Shown piece after piece: positions 13,240-27,700 of a stretch of 64,000 nt of DNA. A program made the position numbers and the translations under genes. How positions within the stretch are numbered: position 1 is the stretch's first letter; the number at the start of each line of letters is the position of its first letter. The notes under the pieces were generated by a model, which saw only the letters and a program-made list of their open reading frames with translations, was not told the DNA's origin and did not search any database. Origin of the DNA: Eledone cirrhosa (taxonomy: Eukaryota); assembly GCA_964016885.1 (NCBI GenBank), contig CAXHJY010001432.1:13277-77276 (forward strand). The letters run 5' to 3'.

Positions 13240-14423
13240 ATATATATATAAAGTTGTAGTGCCTATCTGTTTGTTTGCTTACGAACTCCTCCTATGGTTT
13301 TCGAGATAGACCCGCATAACCATATATATTCTGAAACTACATTGCCCAGGGTACTTGGATAAGTATATTTCATTTGAACCAAAGGGTTCCCCGGGGGTAC
13401 AAACCCCCGCTGAAATTTTTTCCCTTCGATTTATAAGAAATTTAACCTATAGGTAAATGACAATATAACATGCCCATTTACAAAATTTCAGAAAATTTCA
13501 ATAATATTAAGACACCATAATGGGGGGTTAAACCTCCTATAGTGAAAAGTTTGGCCAATAAATGGAACAAGATGTGTTGTAACAAGATTGCATTAGAACT
13601 TTATTAAAGCAACGGGGCTTACAAAGATCAAGCTCTTCTCATTCCGAGGATTCCGAGTGATAGCAAGTTGCCTTTTACATTTAAGAGGCTGCAGTTCTCA
13701 GTGAGGTCATGCTTTGCCATAAGCATCAATAAGAGTCAAGGTCAAACTTTCAAAACTATTGGTATAGATCTGACAAGCCCATGTTTCAGTCATGGAATGT
13801 TTTATGTGGCTGTTTCAAGGACTGGAACTTCAAAAAATCTCTACATTTTAACCAATCAAAGAAAGACAAGAAATATTGTTTACCCTGAAGTTTTTCATTA
13901 GGACAAAGTACGAAATATATTTTCATATTATGTTAAAAAATAAATAATTAAACTTTGAATTTCTAATTTGAAAATAATGCTTTACACAAAAATGAAATAA
14001 TCAAGTTTTGAATTGATATTTTGAAAAAAATTATTTACAAGAAACAAAATAAGAATAAGATTTAATAATGTAATTTTGATTTGATATATTAAAAAAAATA
14101 ATTGTTTCTACTTTTTGCACAAGGCCAGCAATTACTCAGTACATTACTGGTACTTTATTTTATCGACCTCGTATGGATGAAAGGGAAAGTTAACCTCGGC
14201 GGGATTTGAACTCAGATCATAAAGGGACGTAACTATGATGGAAAGCAAGTATATTACAAAAAATAATGTTTTCCAATTGTTCATGCATTACATTTTACAT
14301 TGAGTAATATTGAAATACAGAGCTTTTCTCCATAAATGATATCATTGATTTAAAATCAATCATCACTTACTTACAAAAAAAAAAAATTTGTGAAACGCAG
14401 CAAGGCGCGGGTAATTCGGCTAG
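13240..14423 (+). mobile_element. Internally deleted Helitron retaining the PIF1-like helicase C-terminus
   Basis: ORF 13668-13901 contains KRLQF...FAISINKSQGQT...FSHGMFYVAVSR (Pif1-family motifs). 3' end acgcagcaaggcgcgg...CTAG at 14420-14423. A SINE is inserted at ~14099-14236. Confidence 0.85.
13600..13901 (+). pseudogene. Helitron Rep/helicase C-terminal fragment (PIF1 family)
   Basis: INKSQGQT and HGMFYVAVSR motifs, ending NIVYPEVFH*. Confidence 0.85.
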
Positions 14424-14659
14424 TATACATATATATATAGCAGACAGGATAACAGAAACTAGTGCATTAGTCTGGGGACAGAGAATAAAATTCTCTACCC
14501 ACACTACATCGTTTCTCTCACTAATTAACGTATAAGTGTGCACTCAGCTTTCTTTCTGTTTGGTATCTTAATTATGCTGACTTAATTACAGCATTGAGTG
14601 AGTGACAGAACGGTCGGAGATACACTGGTTCTACCGATAACTTCGTTTCAATATTATTT

Positions 14660-14842
14660 TGGCAGTATCGGTAGAGGGTCGGACGCCATGCTTTGATGCA
14701 TAGAGTTACGGCCTTTGCCATTCTGAGTTCAAATCCCGCTGAGGTTAACTTTGCATTTCATCCTTACGAGGGTCGATAAAATAAAGTACCAGTAATGCAC
14801 TGGGTAATTGCTGGCCTTGTGCCAAAAGTAGAAACAATTATT
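14660..14842 (+). mobile_element. tRNA-derived SINE copy
   Basis: A-box-like tggcagtatcggtag, B-box gagttcaaatcc, core ggtcgataaaataaagtaccagt, and 3' gctggccttgtgccaaaagtagaaac + (ATT)n. Confidence 0.85.
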
Positions 14843-14930
14843 ATATATATATATTTAATTATATAATAAGCAACACAATATAATTATTCCATTACCCAAG
14901 GTTTTATTTCGTTCTTCAGACGAAATATCG

Positions 14931-14968
<38 letters not shown>

Positions 14969-15051
14969 GGTAAACAGAAATAACAACATAATCGGTAAAG
15001 TATATGGAAGGGATATATTAGGTTAACGCTTGATACATAGCAGGAAGAGGG

Positions 15052-15087
15052 TCTTAACGTTTCGGACGCTAGTCCTTCATCAGAAGA
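15052..15087 (-). ncRNA. Minimal type I hammerhead motif
   Basis: Minus: tctt-CTGATGA-a-GGAC-tagc-GTCC-GAAAC-GTT-aaga. Identical core to 44209-44244. Confidence 0.75.
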
Positions 15088-15177
15088 AAGAATGAAAAAT
15101 AAGATAGATTGAGGGATATATATATTTATATATATATATATAAATATATATATAAATAAATATATATATATATATTT

Positions 15178-15213
<36 letters not shown>

Positions 15214-16343
15214 CTATATATATATGTATAAATATATGTATATATGTATCCCTACCCCTTCCCCCATCTCTCTCCCACTCTCTCTCTTCCATTCATTCTT
15301 CTGATTTACTGGAAGAAAACCACGGTCTCCAAACTGACCGAGGCCTGGTCTCCGCCATGTTTATAAAGCCCAAGATATGTCGCATGTTTCGACCATACTT
15401 TTACGACTCCATCACCAGTTCAATGCTCCTGCATGAATGGATTTATACGAGAGAATATCATTAACACCAGGCAGGACAGAACTCTTCTCTTCTTCTCAGT
15501 GACTTTCATCCCATGTAGTCATTATATCTGCAGGTTTGTGGCCCCTTTACCTTCTGTGTTCTAATACCGCCAAGGTTAATTTTGCCTTCCAACCTTACAG
15601 TGTCGATAAAATAAAGCACCAGTGACGAACAGGGGTCGATTTAATCGACTTTCCCCTCTCCAGATTTATTGGCCTTGTGCCTAAATCAGAAACCATCATA
15701 TCTGCAGGTGTCAGCTGTTTTATGAAAATGTAAACACATATTCAGTGTTATACAAATACATGGCCAACAGACGAGAAAGTGAATGTGTATGTATGTATGT
15801 ATATATATTTATTTGTATGTTCTTCTGGTTTTATAATTTCACAAATGTTTGCCAATAGAGAGAGAATCGGTTTCTTACATAGTTACAAGACTCTCTCATT
15901 GGAATTTACACAACATCAACTAGGTAGATATATATGCATGCCTGCATGCATGCATGTCTAGATATGGATGTTATTGTATGTGTGGATGTGCATGTTTTGA
16001 GTTGTATGTGTGCATGTGCATACGCTTTGTATCTGTACATGTGTATATGCAGTTATTAGATGTATGTATGTATGTATGTATGTATGCATGTATGTATGTA
16101 TGTATGTATGTATGTATGTATGTATGTATGTGTATGTATGTAAGTAGGTGTGTATGTATGCATGTGGTTACACGCACACATATACATATATAAATTGAGC
16201 TTACATATTGAAGCATATCTGAGGATCTTTCGATTCCAGAGTCAGGTTCGATCAATAATAGATCGTACTTCGAGCTGATTGACATATGTAATATGCTATT
16301 AAATATGTTATTATGTAACACTGATTCTTTGTTCCTTTATTCT

Positions 16344-16402
<59 letters not shown>

Positions 16403-16404
<2 letters not shown>

Positions 16405-19400
16405 ACCTGTCTCATGGTCGGGTCGTTGGCGACTAAACTGGCAACCCCACCAAGATTTCTTGGTGAGGAGGGTGACTTTGGACATCCTGCAAGACTAAAA
16501 ACAAAACCTGTCAAAGGGCAAAGGAACTCCTGGGAGCTCTTAAGAGCTCTTGGAGTCAATGGCCATCCAAAACCAGCACGGCCCGCCGAAAGGCGCTACA
16601 GTGCCGGAAAAGTCAACTTCCGGTTACTAGTATGCTGGTAAGCTAGTACAACGTATCTCCAGACGGATAGAGTGGGTCCGTAGCTTTGGTTAGCGACTAC
16701 TCTAGTGCTTGCAACACGAACAATTAGGGCGAGGGTATAAATGCCAGGTTGGTATCTGGCGCCGGGTAACCCACCACACGGAGGAGAAAGCACCTTCTTC
16801 AAGACTTGGCTGTTAAATTCTTTCACATGTGTGTAGTAGTGGCGCCCACGCACATTATTAGCTATTTGAAAAGATGATGGATTTCGCAACTGACTGCACC
16901 AGGGTTCCTGTTCCTCGGGGAACCACACTATATGGTATACCTGTTGATATAGGTCCAGCCCCTGCTTTCCCGGGTCCTGTTTCTGATCATAATGCACCTA
17001 CAAAGGCATCGAATGATGATGAATCCTCAAATCTCAAGGGACGGGGTTCATCTGATGGAGAAGAAACAGGTCCTAACCAAACAACAAGCAAATCTCGCTT
17101 GGTTAGCTGTAAAAAGCAAATAATAGTTGGCTCCTTGAACACCAGAACCCTCCTTCCAACAGGTAGACTCCAGGAGCTGGCAGAGAATGCCAAACTTCAG
17201 AACATTGACATCCTTGCGGTCCAAGAACACCGCTTTTTCCACCCAAAGGATGATCTCAAGTATCACACCCTAGGATCCTACCAACTTGTCACCTCTTCAG
17301 CCACCAAGAACCCTGTCAATGCGTCCGTCTGAGGAGTCGGCTGCCTTCTCTCATCTAAAGCCCGCAATAATCTTCTGGGGATTGAAACAATCTCTCCCAG
17401 AATCTTGGTGCTTACACTAGAGGGCAATCCTAGAACCACTGAGATATGTGTATACAGTCCTCATAACGCCTCTCCTGAGGATGAGGTAAGAGAATTCTAC
17501 ACGACCCTTCGCACAGTTGTTGAGCAAGTACCCTTACACAACTTTCTTATCATCGCTGGAGACCTCAACGCTCAACTTGGCCCGGATGAAGTAAAGTTCA
17601 CATACAATAGCGTTACTAACCGAAACGGGGGAATATCTCAAGGACTTCATGGAAGAATTCAGACTATTCAGCTCAAACAACAGCTTCATGAAGACCAGAG
17701 GCCAGCTGTGGACCTTCGAATACCCAAACCAAAAACGAGCTCAGATTGACTATTTGATATTTCGCAAGAAATGGAGAAACTCAATCAAAGATTCTAGATC
17801 TTATTCCTCCTTTAGCTCTGTCGGCTCAGATCATCGAGTCATCTCGACAACAATCAAATTTAGATATCCAAGAGGGCCGAACCTCATCCCATGAAAATAA
17901 TAGACTGGAAAGCCGTTTCTTCCAACAAACAACTATCCAATAGCTTCACGCTTCAAGTCTATAACAGATTTCAATCTCTCTCAACTTCTGATATCAATGA
18001 CGATAATATTGAGGATGTGTATGACTGTCTTAAGCAATCAACAGAGGAAGTTGCACTTGCCACCCTACCTAAAAAGAAAAGCCGAAGCCAAATGAAAACT
18101 AGTGCCTCAGAGAAGGTAATTGAGGCAAAGGCCCATCTTAGGTCAATATCCCAATCTCACCATCAATCACCATCTCAAGGGAAAAAGATACAGCTTATCA
18201 TGGCCAAAAAATCACTAGACGACGCTTATCTTAATGCTGAAGCCGACTATATCTCAGGTAGGATTGATCAGCTATCGCAACATCACATCAGCAAACACCA
18301 TCATCTTGCTTGGAAAGTTGTCAAAGATCTTTCAGGCAAAAACTCTGCAGTTAGAATCAAAGGAGGCTCTGCCAAAAAACGTCTTGAAAATTGGTCTGCT
18401 CATTTTAAAAACCTTCTAGGGAAAAAGGCCAGACTCCCTGATAACTATCAACTGCCATCCGTTCAGGTTTCAGAGCCTTTAGGAATCAACACCTCTCCTT
18501 TCACCATGCCTGAGCTCAAAGAAGCCATCAAACAGCTCAAAGCCTCAAAAGCCTTTGGGCCGGATAATATACCTACCCTGATTTGGAAGGATGAGCATTT
18601 CCACATCCTTTTGCTCAACTTATGTAACCATACTTTCGAGACCAATAAACCACCTAGCGTCTGGCATGCAGCTCAAATTATCCCCATGCCCAAAAAGGGA
18701 GATCTTTCTTTAGCCACCAACTATAGAGGAATTTCTCTCATGGCAATTGCTGCAAAAATATACAACAAGCTTCTTCTTAACCGCTTAATCCCATTTCTTG
18801 AGCCAATCCTTCGTAACAACCAGAATGGATTTAGAAGAGGTAGATCAACACTTAGCCAGATTCTCTGCCTTCGCCGACTTATAGAGGAGTCCCAAAACCG
18901 CAATCTAGACCTTGTACTCATCTTTGTTGATTTTTCAAAAGCCTTCGCCTCAGTTGACAGGTCGGGGATGTTTGAAATTCTACAACTCTATGGGATTCCT
19001 GATAAAATCATCGCGGCCATACGTGTAACGTATACAGATACCAAATCAACTGTCCTGACCCTAGATGGGGAAACACCACCTTTCTCAATCCTCGCTGGAA
19101 TTTTACAGGGCGATACCAATGCTCCGTATCTGTTTATCATTGTTGTGGATTATGTTTTGCGCATGTCTGTGGATAGGATTCAGGATAGGGGATACCAACT
19201 ACAGCCTAGGAGAAGCTCACGCTACCCAGCAAAATACTTGACCGACACCGACTTTGCTGACGTCATCGCATTGATCAGTCGGTCACTGGAAAATGCTGAG
19301 AGTCTTTTGAAGTCATTGGAGCAAGCGTCCAACTGTGTTGGACTGTACCTCAACGAATCCAAGACTGAGTGTGTGAACAGATACGCAAACAGCCCAAACT

Positions 19401-20018
19401 ACCCCATCAGAACCCTTAATGGTACCACCCTTAAGCAGGTGGAAGATTACAAGTATCTTGGCTCATATATCTCCTCCTCCAAAATAGATTTTCTAACCAG
19501 GAAGGGTATGGCATGGTCAGCGTGCAATGACATGCACGCCATATGGACATCTCAACTTACCAACAAGCTAAAACTGGAAATATTCCAAGCAACCATTAAG
19601 CCCATATTACTTTATGAATCCGAAACTTGGACACTAACATCACAACTTGAGAGGAGATTGGATGGCACATATACCCGCCTCTTAATGACAGTGCAAAACC
19701 TATCCTGGAAACGACATCCCACCTTGTCTAAAATCTATGGCAAACTCCCTCGAGCCTCTGTCCTTCTAAAATCCCGGAGAGCTCAATTTTCTGGCCACTG
19801 TCACCGTGCCAGCAATGAAATCATATCCGCTCTCTTGCTCTGGAACCCTGACTCCAGTCTGACTAGGAGTAGGAAGCTGTCATTCCCTGACGTTATCTCT
19901 AGGGATACGGGAATCAGTAGACAGGACCTGGGAGCAGCGATGGGGGACAGGGAATTCTGGGGGTTGAGGGTGAGATCAATCATCTCGACAGTAGTCGACG
20001 AATGATGATGATGATGAT
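16403..20018 (+). mobile_element. RTE-type LINE (APE endonuclease + RT), near full length, inactivated
   Basis: APE motifs (GSLNTRTL, AVQEHR, VYSP, GDLNAQ, QIDY, SDHR) and RT in ORF 17891-20005 (GPDNIP, NYRGISL, QNGFR, DFSKAF, QGD, YKYLGS). 3' (GAT)n tail at 20002-20018. Inserted into (TA)n. Confidence 0.93.
16874..20005 (+). pseudogene. RTE-type single ORF, endonuclease/reverse transcriptase pseudogene
   Basis: Stop at ~17330, frameshifts at ~17630 and ~17870. The catalytic FADD reads FADV and KAFD reads KAFA. Confidence 0.88.
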
Positions 20019-20253
20019 ATATATAATGTCTATACATTAAATATATATACATTAAATTTAGCTCTGGTACTTACATAGAGCACTCTTCACTCCTATGACT
20101 TTTTCAATTTTCAATGGAAACTTCAATACTTATATATATATGTGTGTGTGTGTATGTGTGTGTGTGTACGTATGTGATTGACGGCTGAGAGAAAAGAGTA
20201 CTCAATACCGAAGTAGGCTTTTAATATTCATTTTATTAAAGCTAAATAGTGAG

Positions 20254-20301
20254 TCTTGTTACTCTGAAGTTTCGCCTGTTTATCAAAGTGTCATCAGACA
20301 A

Positions 20302-20303
<2 letters not shown>
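20254..20303 (-). ncRNA. Hammerhead motif
   Basis: Minus: tcttgt-CTGATGA-cactttgataaacaggc-GAAAC-ttcaga-GTA-acaaga. 6-bp stem I, imperfect stem II. Confidence 0.55.
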
Positions 20304-20345
<42 letters not shown>

Positions 20346-20384
20346 CATTTATATATATATAAATACCTTTCATTTATACCTTTC

Positions 20385-20439
<55 letters not shown>

Positions 20440-20714
20440 CTAGTAATATGTTTGTGTGTAAATCTGTATGTATATTATATGTATATATATGTGTATGTGT
20501 GTGTTTGGGTGTGTAAAAATTACTTTATAAATGTATACACATACAGACACACATACATACATACACACATACACACACACATACACACAGATACACACAC
20601 ATACACAGACATACACAGCGAAGCTCGTCGAGAAATCCAATACAGTTATCCAAAATGATGCAATCTAGGTTATAAGGTAAGATTTTGAGGTACGGAAGCA
20701 GATTCTAAATGGGT

Positions 20715-21518
20715 GTGTGTGCATGTGTGTGCGGGGGGTGGGTGTAGGTAAGTGTGTATGTGTATGTGTGTATATGTACGTTTGTATATATGTATGTGTC
20801 TATATATGTGTGTGTACGTGTGTACATGTATGTGTGTGTGTGTACGTGAGTATATGTATGTGTGTGTGTGTACGTGTGTACATGTGTGTATATATGTGTG
20901 TGTACGTATGTATATATGTGTCTACATGTGTATGTGTGTGTGTACGTATGTATATGTGTGTGTACGTGTGTATATGTGTGTGTACGTGTATATATGTATC
21001 TGTGTATATGTTTGTGTGTACGTGTGTATATGTATGTGTGTGTGTGTACGTGTGTACATGTGTGTGTGTGTGTGTGCGTGTACGTGTGTACATGTATGTA
21101 TATGTGTGTACGTGTGTATACGTGTGTGTACGTGTGTATATGTGTATATATGTGTGTGTGTACGTGTGTATATATATGTGTCTATATGTGTGTGTACGTG
21201 TGTATATGTACGTGTGTATATATGTATGTGTATATATATGTGTGTGTACGTGTGTATATGTATGTGTATATATGTGTATGTGTATATGTGTATATGTATG
21301 TGTGTATATGTACGTGTGTATATATGTGTGTGTACGTGTGTATATGAGGTATATGTATGTATATGTGTGTGTACGTGTGTATATGTATGTGTGTATATGA
21401 GGTATATGTATGTATATGTGTGTGTACGTGTGTAGATGTGTGTATATATGTGGGTGTACGTGTGTATATATATATGTGTCTGTATGTGTATATGTATGTG
21501 TGTACATGAGGTATATAT
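20715..21518. repeat. Compound (TG)/(TA)/(TACG) microsatellite
   Basis: Low-complexity tract read directly. Confidence 0.9.
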
Positions 21519-21540
21519 TTCAAAAACGTACAAAAGAAAG

Positions 21541-21735
21541 ATAATTGTTTCTACTTTTGGCACAAGGCCAGCAATTATCTCAGTGTATTACTGGTACTTT
21601 ATTTTATCGACCCCGTAAGGATGAAAGGCAAAGTTAACCTCGGCGGGATTTGAACTCAGAATGGCAAGGGGCGTAACTCTATGCGTCAAAGCATGGTGTC
21701 GGACAATCTACCGACACTGCCAATCCACCGCCCTA
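21541..21735 (-). mobile_element. tRNA-derived SINE whose 5' head is continuous with the satellite array
   Basis: Reverse complement of the SINE body (ggatttgaactc B-box at ~21646-21657), running directly into the 45-bp units. Confidence 0.88.
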
Positions 21736-24700
21736 GCATGGTGTCCGACCCTCTACCGACACTGCCAATCCAGCACCCTAGCATCGTGTCCATCCCTCTA
21801 CCGACACTGCCAATCCACCACCCTAGCATGGTGTCCGACCCTCTACCGACACTGCCAATCCACCACCCTAGCATGGTGTCCGACCCTCTACCGACACTGC
21901 CAATCCACCACCCTAGCATGGTGTCCATCCCTCTACCGACACTGCCAATCCACCGCCCTAGCATGGTGTCCGACCCTCTACCGACACTGCCAATCCAGCA
22001 CCCTAGCATCGTGTCCATCCCTCTACCGACACTGCCAATCCACCACCCTAGCATGGTGTCCGACCCTCTACCGACACTGCCAATCCACCACCCTAGCATG
22101 GTGTCCGACCCTCTACCGACACTGCCAATCCACCACCCTAGCATGGTGTCCATCCCTCTACCGACACTGCCAATCCACCACCCTAGCATGGTGTCCGACC
22201 CTCTACCGACACTGCCAATCCACCACCCTAGCATGGTGTCCGACCCTCTACCGACACTGCCAATCCACCACCCTAGCATGGTGTCCATCCCTCTACCGAC
22301 ACTGCCAATCCACCACCCTAGCATGGTGTCCGACCCTCTACCGACACTGCCAATCCACCACCCTAGCATGGTGTCCATCCCTCTACCGACACTGCCAATC
22401 CACCACCCTAGCATCGTGTCCGACCCTCTACCGACACTGCCAATCCACCACCCTAGCATCGTGTCCGACCCTCTACCGACACTGCCAATCCAGCACCCTA
22501 GCATCGTGTCCGACCCTCTACCGACACTGCCAATCCACCACCCTAACATCGTGTCCGACCCTCTACCGACACTGCCAATCCACCACCCTAGCATGGTGTC
22601 CGACCCTCTACCGACACTGCCAATCCACCACCCTAGCATGGTGTCCATCCCTCTACCGACACTGCCAATCCACCACCCTAGCATGGTGTCCGACCCTCTA
22701 CCGACACTGCCAATCCACCACCCTAGCATGGTGTCCATCCCTCTACCGACACTGCCAATCCACCACCCTAGCATCGTGTCCGACCCTCTACCGACACTGC
22801 CAATCCACCACCCTAGCATCGTGTCCGACCCTCTACCGACACTGCCAATCCAGCACCCTAGCATCGTGTCCGACCCTCTACCGACACTGCCAATCCACCA
22901 CCCTAACATCGTGTCCGACCCTCTACCGACACTGCCAATCCACCACCCTAGCATGGTGTCCGACCCTCTACCGACACTGCCAATCCACCACCCTAGCATG
23001 GTGTCCATCCCTCTACCGACACTGCCAATCCACCACCCTAGCATCGTGTCCGACCCTCTACCGACACTGCCAATCCACCACCCTAGCATGGTGTCCATCC
23101 CTCTACCGACACTGCCAATCCACCACCCTAGCATCGTGTCCGACCCTCTACACTGCCAATCCACCACCCTAGCATCGTGTCCGACCCTCTACCGACACTG
23201 CCAATCCAGCACCCTAGCATCGTGTCCGACCCTCTACCGACACTGCCAATCCACCACCCTAACATCGTGTCCGACCCTCTACCGACACTGCCAATCCACC
23301 ACCTTAGCATGGTGTCCGTCCCTCTACCGATACTGCCAATCCTCCGCCCTAGCATGGTGTCCGTCCCTCTACCGATACTGCCAATCCACCACCCTAGCAT
23401 CGTGTCCGACCCTCTACCGACACTGCCAATCCACCACCCTAGCATCGTGTCCGACCCTCTACCGACACTGCCAATCCAGCACCCTAGCATCGTGTCCGAC
23501 CCTCTACCGACACTGCCAATCCTCCGCCCTAGCATGGTGTCCGACCCTCTACCGACACTGCCAATCCAGCACCCTAGCATGGTGTCCGACCCTCTACCGA
23601 CACTGCCAATCCTCCGCCCTAGCATGGTGTCCGACCCTCTACCGACACTGCCAATCCACCACCTTAGCATGGTGTCCATCCCTCTACCGACACTGCCAAT
23701 CCACCACCCTAGCATGGTGTCCATCCCTCTACCGACACTGCCAATCCACCACCCTAGCATGGTGTCCGACCCTCTACCGATACTGCCAATCCTCCGCCCT
23801 AGCATGGTGTCCATCCCTCTACCGACACTGCCAATCCACCACCCTAGCATGGTGTCCGACCCTCTACCGACACTGCCAATCCTCCGCCCTAGCATGGTGT
23901 CCGACCCTCTACCGACACTGCCAATCCACCACCCTAGCATGGTGTCCGACCCTCTACCGACACTGCCAATCCACCACCCTAGCATGGTGTCCGACCCGCT
24001 ACCGACACTGCCAATCCACCACCCTAGCATGGTGTCCGACCCTCTACCGACACTGCCAATCCACCGCCCTAGCATCGTGTCCGACCCTCTACCGACACTG
24101 CCAATCCACCACCCTAGCATGGTGTCCGACCCTCTACCGACACTGCCAATCCTCCGCCCTAGCATGGTGTCCGACCCTCTACCGACACTGCCAATCCACC
24201 ACCCTAGCATGGTGTCCGACCCTCTACCGACACTGCCAATCCACCACCCTAGCATGGTGTCCGACCCTCTACCGACACTGCCAATCCACCACCCTAGCAT
24301 GGTGTCCGACCCTCTACCGACACTGCCAATCCACCACCCTAGCATGGTGTCCGACCCTCTACCGACACTGCCAATCCTCCGCCCTAGCATGGTGTCCATC
24401 CCTCTACCGACACTGCCAATCCACCACCCTAGCATGGTGTCCGACCCTCTACCGACACTGCCAATCCTCCGCCCTAGCATGGTGTCCATCCCTCTACCGA
24501 CACTGCCAATCCACCGCCCTAGCATCGTGTCCGACCCTCTACCGACACTGCCAATCCACCACCCTAGCATGGTGTCCGACCCTCTACCGATACTGCCAAT
24601 CCTCCGCCCTAGCATGGTGTCCATCCCTCTACCGACACTGCCAATCCACCACCCTAGCATCGTGTCCGACCCTCTACCGACACTGCCAATCCTCCGCCCT

Positions 24701-27700
24701 AGCATGGTGTCCATCCCTCTACCGACACTGCCAATCCACCACCCTAGCATGGTGTCCGACCCTCTACCGATACTGCCAATCCACCGCCCTAGCATGGTGT
24801 CCGACCCTCTACCGACACTGCCAATCCTCCGCCCTAGCATGGTGTCCGACCCTCTACCGACACTGCCAATCCTCCGCCCTAGCATGGTGTCCGACCCTCT
24901 ACCGATACTGCCAATCCACCACCCTAGCATGGCGTCAGACCTTCTACCGACACTGCCAATCCACCACCCTAGCATGGTGTCCGACCCTCTACCGACACTG
25001 CCAATCCACCACCCTAGCATGGTGTCCATCCCTCTACCGACACTGCCAATCCACCACCCTAGCATGGTGTCCGACCCTCTACCGACACTGCCAATCCTCC
25101 GCCCTAGCATGGTGTCCGACCCTCTACCGATACTGCCAATCCACCACCCTAGCATGGTGTCAGACCCTCTACCGACACTGCCAATCCACCACCCTAGCAT
25201 CGTGTCCGACCCTCTACCGACACTGCCAATCCACCACCCTAGCATGGTGTCAGACCCTCTACCGACACTGCCAATCCACCACCCTAGCATGGTGTCCGAC
25301 CCTCTACCGATACTGCCAATCCACCACCCTAGCATGGTGTCCGACCCTCTACCGACACTGCCAATCCTCCGCCCTAGCATGGTGTCCGACCCTCTACCGA
25401 CACTGCCAATCCACCACCCTAGCATGGTGTCCATCCCTCTACCGACACTGCCAATCCACCACCCTAGCATGGTGTCCGACCCTCTACCGACACTGCCAAT
25501 CCACCACCCTAGCATGGTGTCCGACCCTCTACCGACACTGCCAATCCTCCGCCCTAGCATGGTGTCCGACCCTCTACCGACACTGCCAATCCTCCGCCCT
25601 AGCATGGTGTCCATCCCTCTACCGACACTGCCAATCCACCACCCTAGCATGGTGTCCGACCCTCTACCGACACTGCCAATCCACCACCCTAGCATGGTGT
25701 CCGACCCTCTACCGACACTGCCAATCCACCACCCTAGCATGGTGTCCGACCCTCTACCGATACTGCCAATCCTCCGCCCTAGCATGGTGTCCGACCCTCT
25801 ACCGACACTGCCAATCCTCCGCCCTAGCATGGTGTCCATCCCTCTACCGACACTGCCAATCCACCACCCTAGCAAGGTGTCCATCCCTCTACCGACACTG
25901 CCAATCCACCACCCTAGCATGGTGTCCGACCCTCTACCGACACTGCCAATCCACCACCCTAGCATGGTGTCCGACCCTCTACCGACACTGCCAATCCTCC
26001 GCCCTAGCATGGTGTCCGACCCTCTACCGACACTGCCAATCCTCCGCCCTAGCATGGTGTCCATCCCTCTACCGACACTGCCAATCCACCACCCTAGCAT
26101 GGTGTCCATCCCTCTACCGACACTGCCAATCCTCCGCCCTAGCATGGTGTCCATCCCTCTACCGACACTGCCAATCCACCACCCTAGCATGGTGTCCATC
26201 CCTCTACCGACACTGCCAATCCACCACCCTAGCATGGTGTCCGACCCTCTACCGACACTGCCAATCCACCACCCTAGCATGGTGTCCATCCCTCTACCGA
26301 TACTGCCAATCCTCCGCCCTAGCATGGTGTCCATCCCTCTACCGATACTGCCAATCCTCCGCCCTAGCATGGTGTCCGACCCTCTACCGACACTGCCAAT
26401 CCACCACCCTAGCATGGTGTCAGACCCTCTACCGACACTGCCAATCCACCACCCTAGCATGGTGTCCATCCCTCTACCGACACTGCCAATCCACCACCCT
26501 AGCATGGTGTCAGACCCTCTACCGACACTGCCAATCCACCACCCTAGCATGGTGTCCGACCCTCTACCGACACTGCCAATCCACCACCCTAGCATGGTGT
26601 CCATCCCTCTACCGATACTGCCAATCCTCCGCCCTAGCATGGTGTCCGACCCTCTACCGACACTGCCAATCCACCACCCTAGCATGGTGTCAGACCCTCT
26701 ACCGACACTGCCAATCCACCACCCTAGCATGGTGTCCATCCCTCTACCGATACTGCCAATCCTCCGCCCTAGCATGGTGTCCATCCCTCTACCGATACTG
26801 CCAATCCTCCGCCCTAGCATGGTGTCCATCCCTCTACCGACACTGCCAATCCACCACCCTAGCATGGTGTCCGACCCTCTACCGATACTGCCAATCCTCC
26901 GCCCTAGCATGGTGTTCATCCCTCTACCGATACTGCCAATCCTCCGCCCTAGCATGGTGTCCATCCCTCTACCGATACTGCCAATCCTCCGCCCTAGCAT
27001 GGTGTCCGACCCTCTACCGACGCTGCCAATCCACCACCCTAGCATCGTGTCCGACCCTCTACCGACACTGCCAATCCACCACCCTAGCATGGTGTCCATC
27101 CCTCTACCGACACTGCCAATCCACCACCCTAGCATGGTGTCCATCCCTCTACCGACACTGCCAATCCACCACCCTAGCATGGTGTCCGTCCCTCTACCGA
27201 TACTGCCAATCCACCACCCTAGCATGGTGTCCATCCCTCTACCGACACTGCCAATCCACCACCCTAGCATGGTGTCCGTCCCTCTACCGATACTGCCAAT
27301 CCACCACCCTAGCATGGTGTCCATCCCTCTACCGACACTGCCAATCCACCACCCTAGCATGGTGTCCGTCCCTCTACCGATACTGCCAATCCACCACCCT
27401 AGCATGGTGTCCGACCCTCTACCGACACTGCCAATCCACCACCCTAGCATCGTGTCCGACCCTCTACCGACACTGCCAATCTACCACCCTAGCATGGTGT
27501 TCGACCCTCTACCGATACTGCCAATCCACCACCATAGCATGGTGTCCGTCCCTCTACCGACACTGCCAATCCACCACCCTAGCATGGTGTCCGACCCTCT
27601 ACCGATACTGCCAATCCACCACCCTAGCATGGTGTCCGTCCCTCTACCGACACTGCCAATCCACCACCCTAGCATGGTGTCCGTCCCTCTACCGATACTG

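Noticed and set aside
14660-14740. tRNA genes suggested by A/B boxes
   Set aside because: The boxes are followed by the SINE core and tail in many diverged copies, and no cloverleaf is evident.
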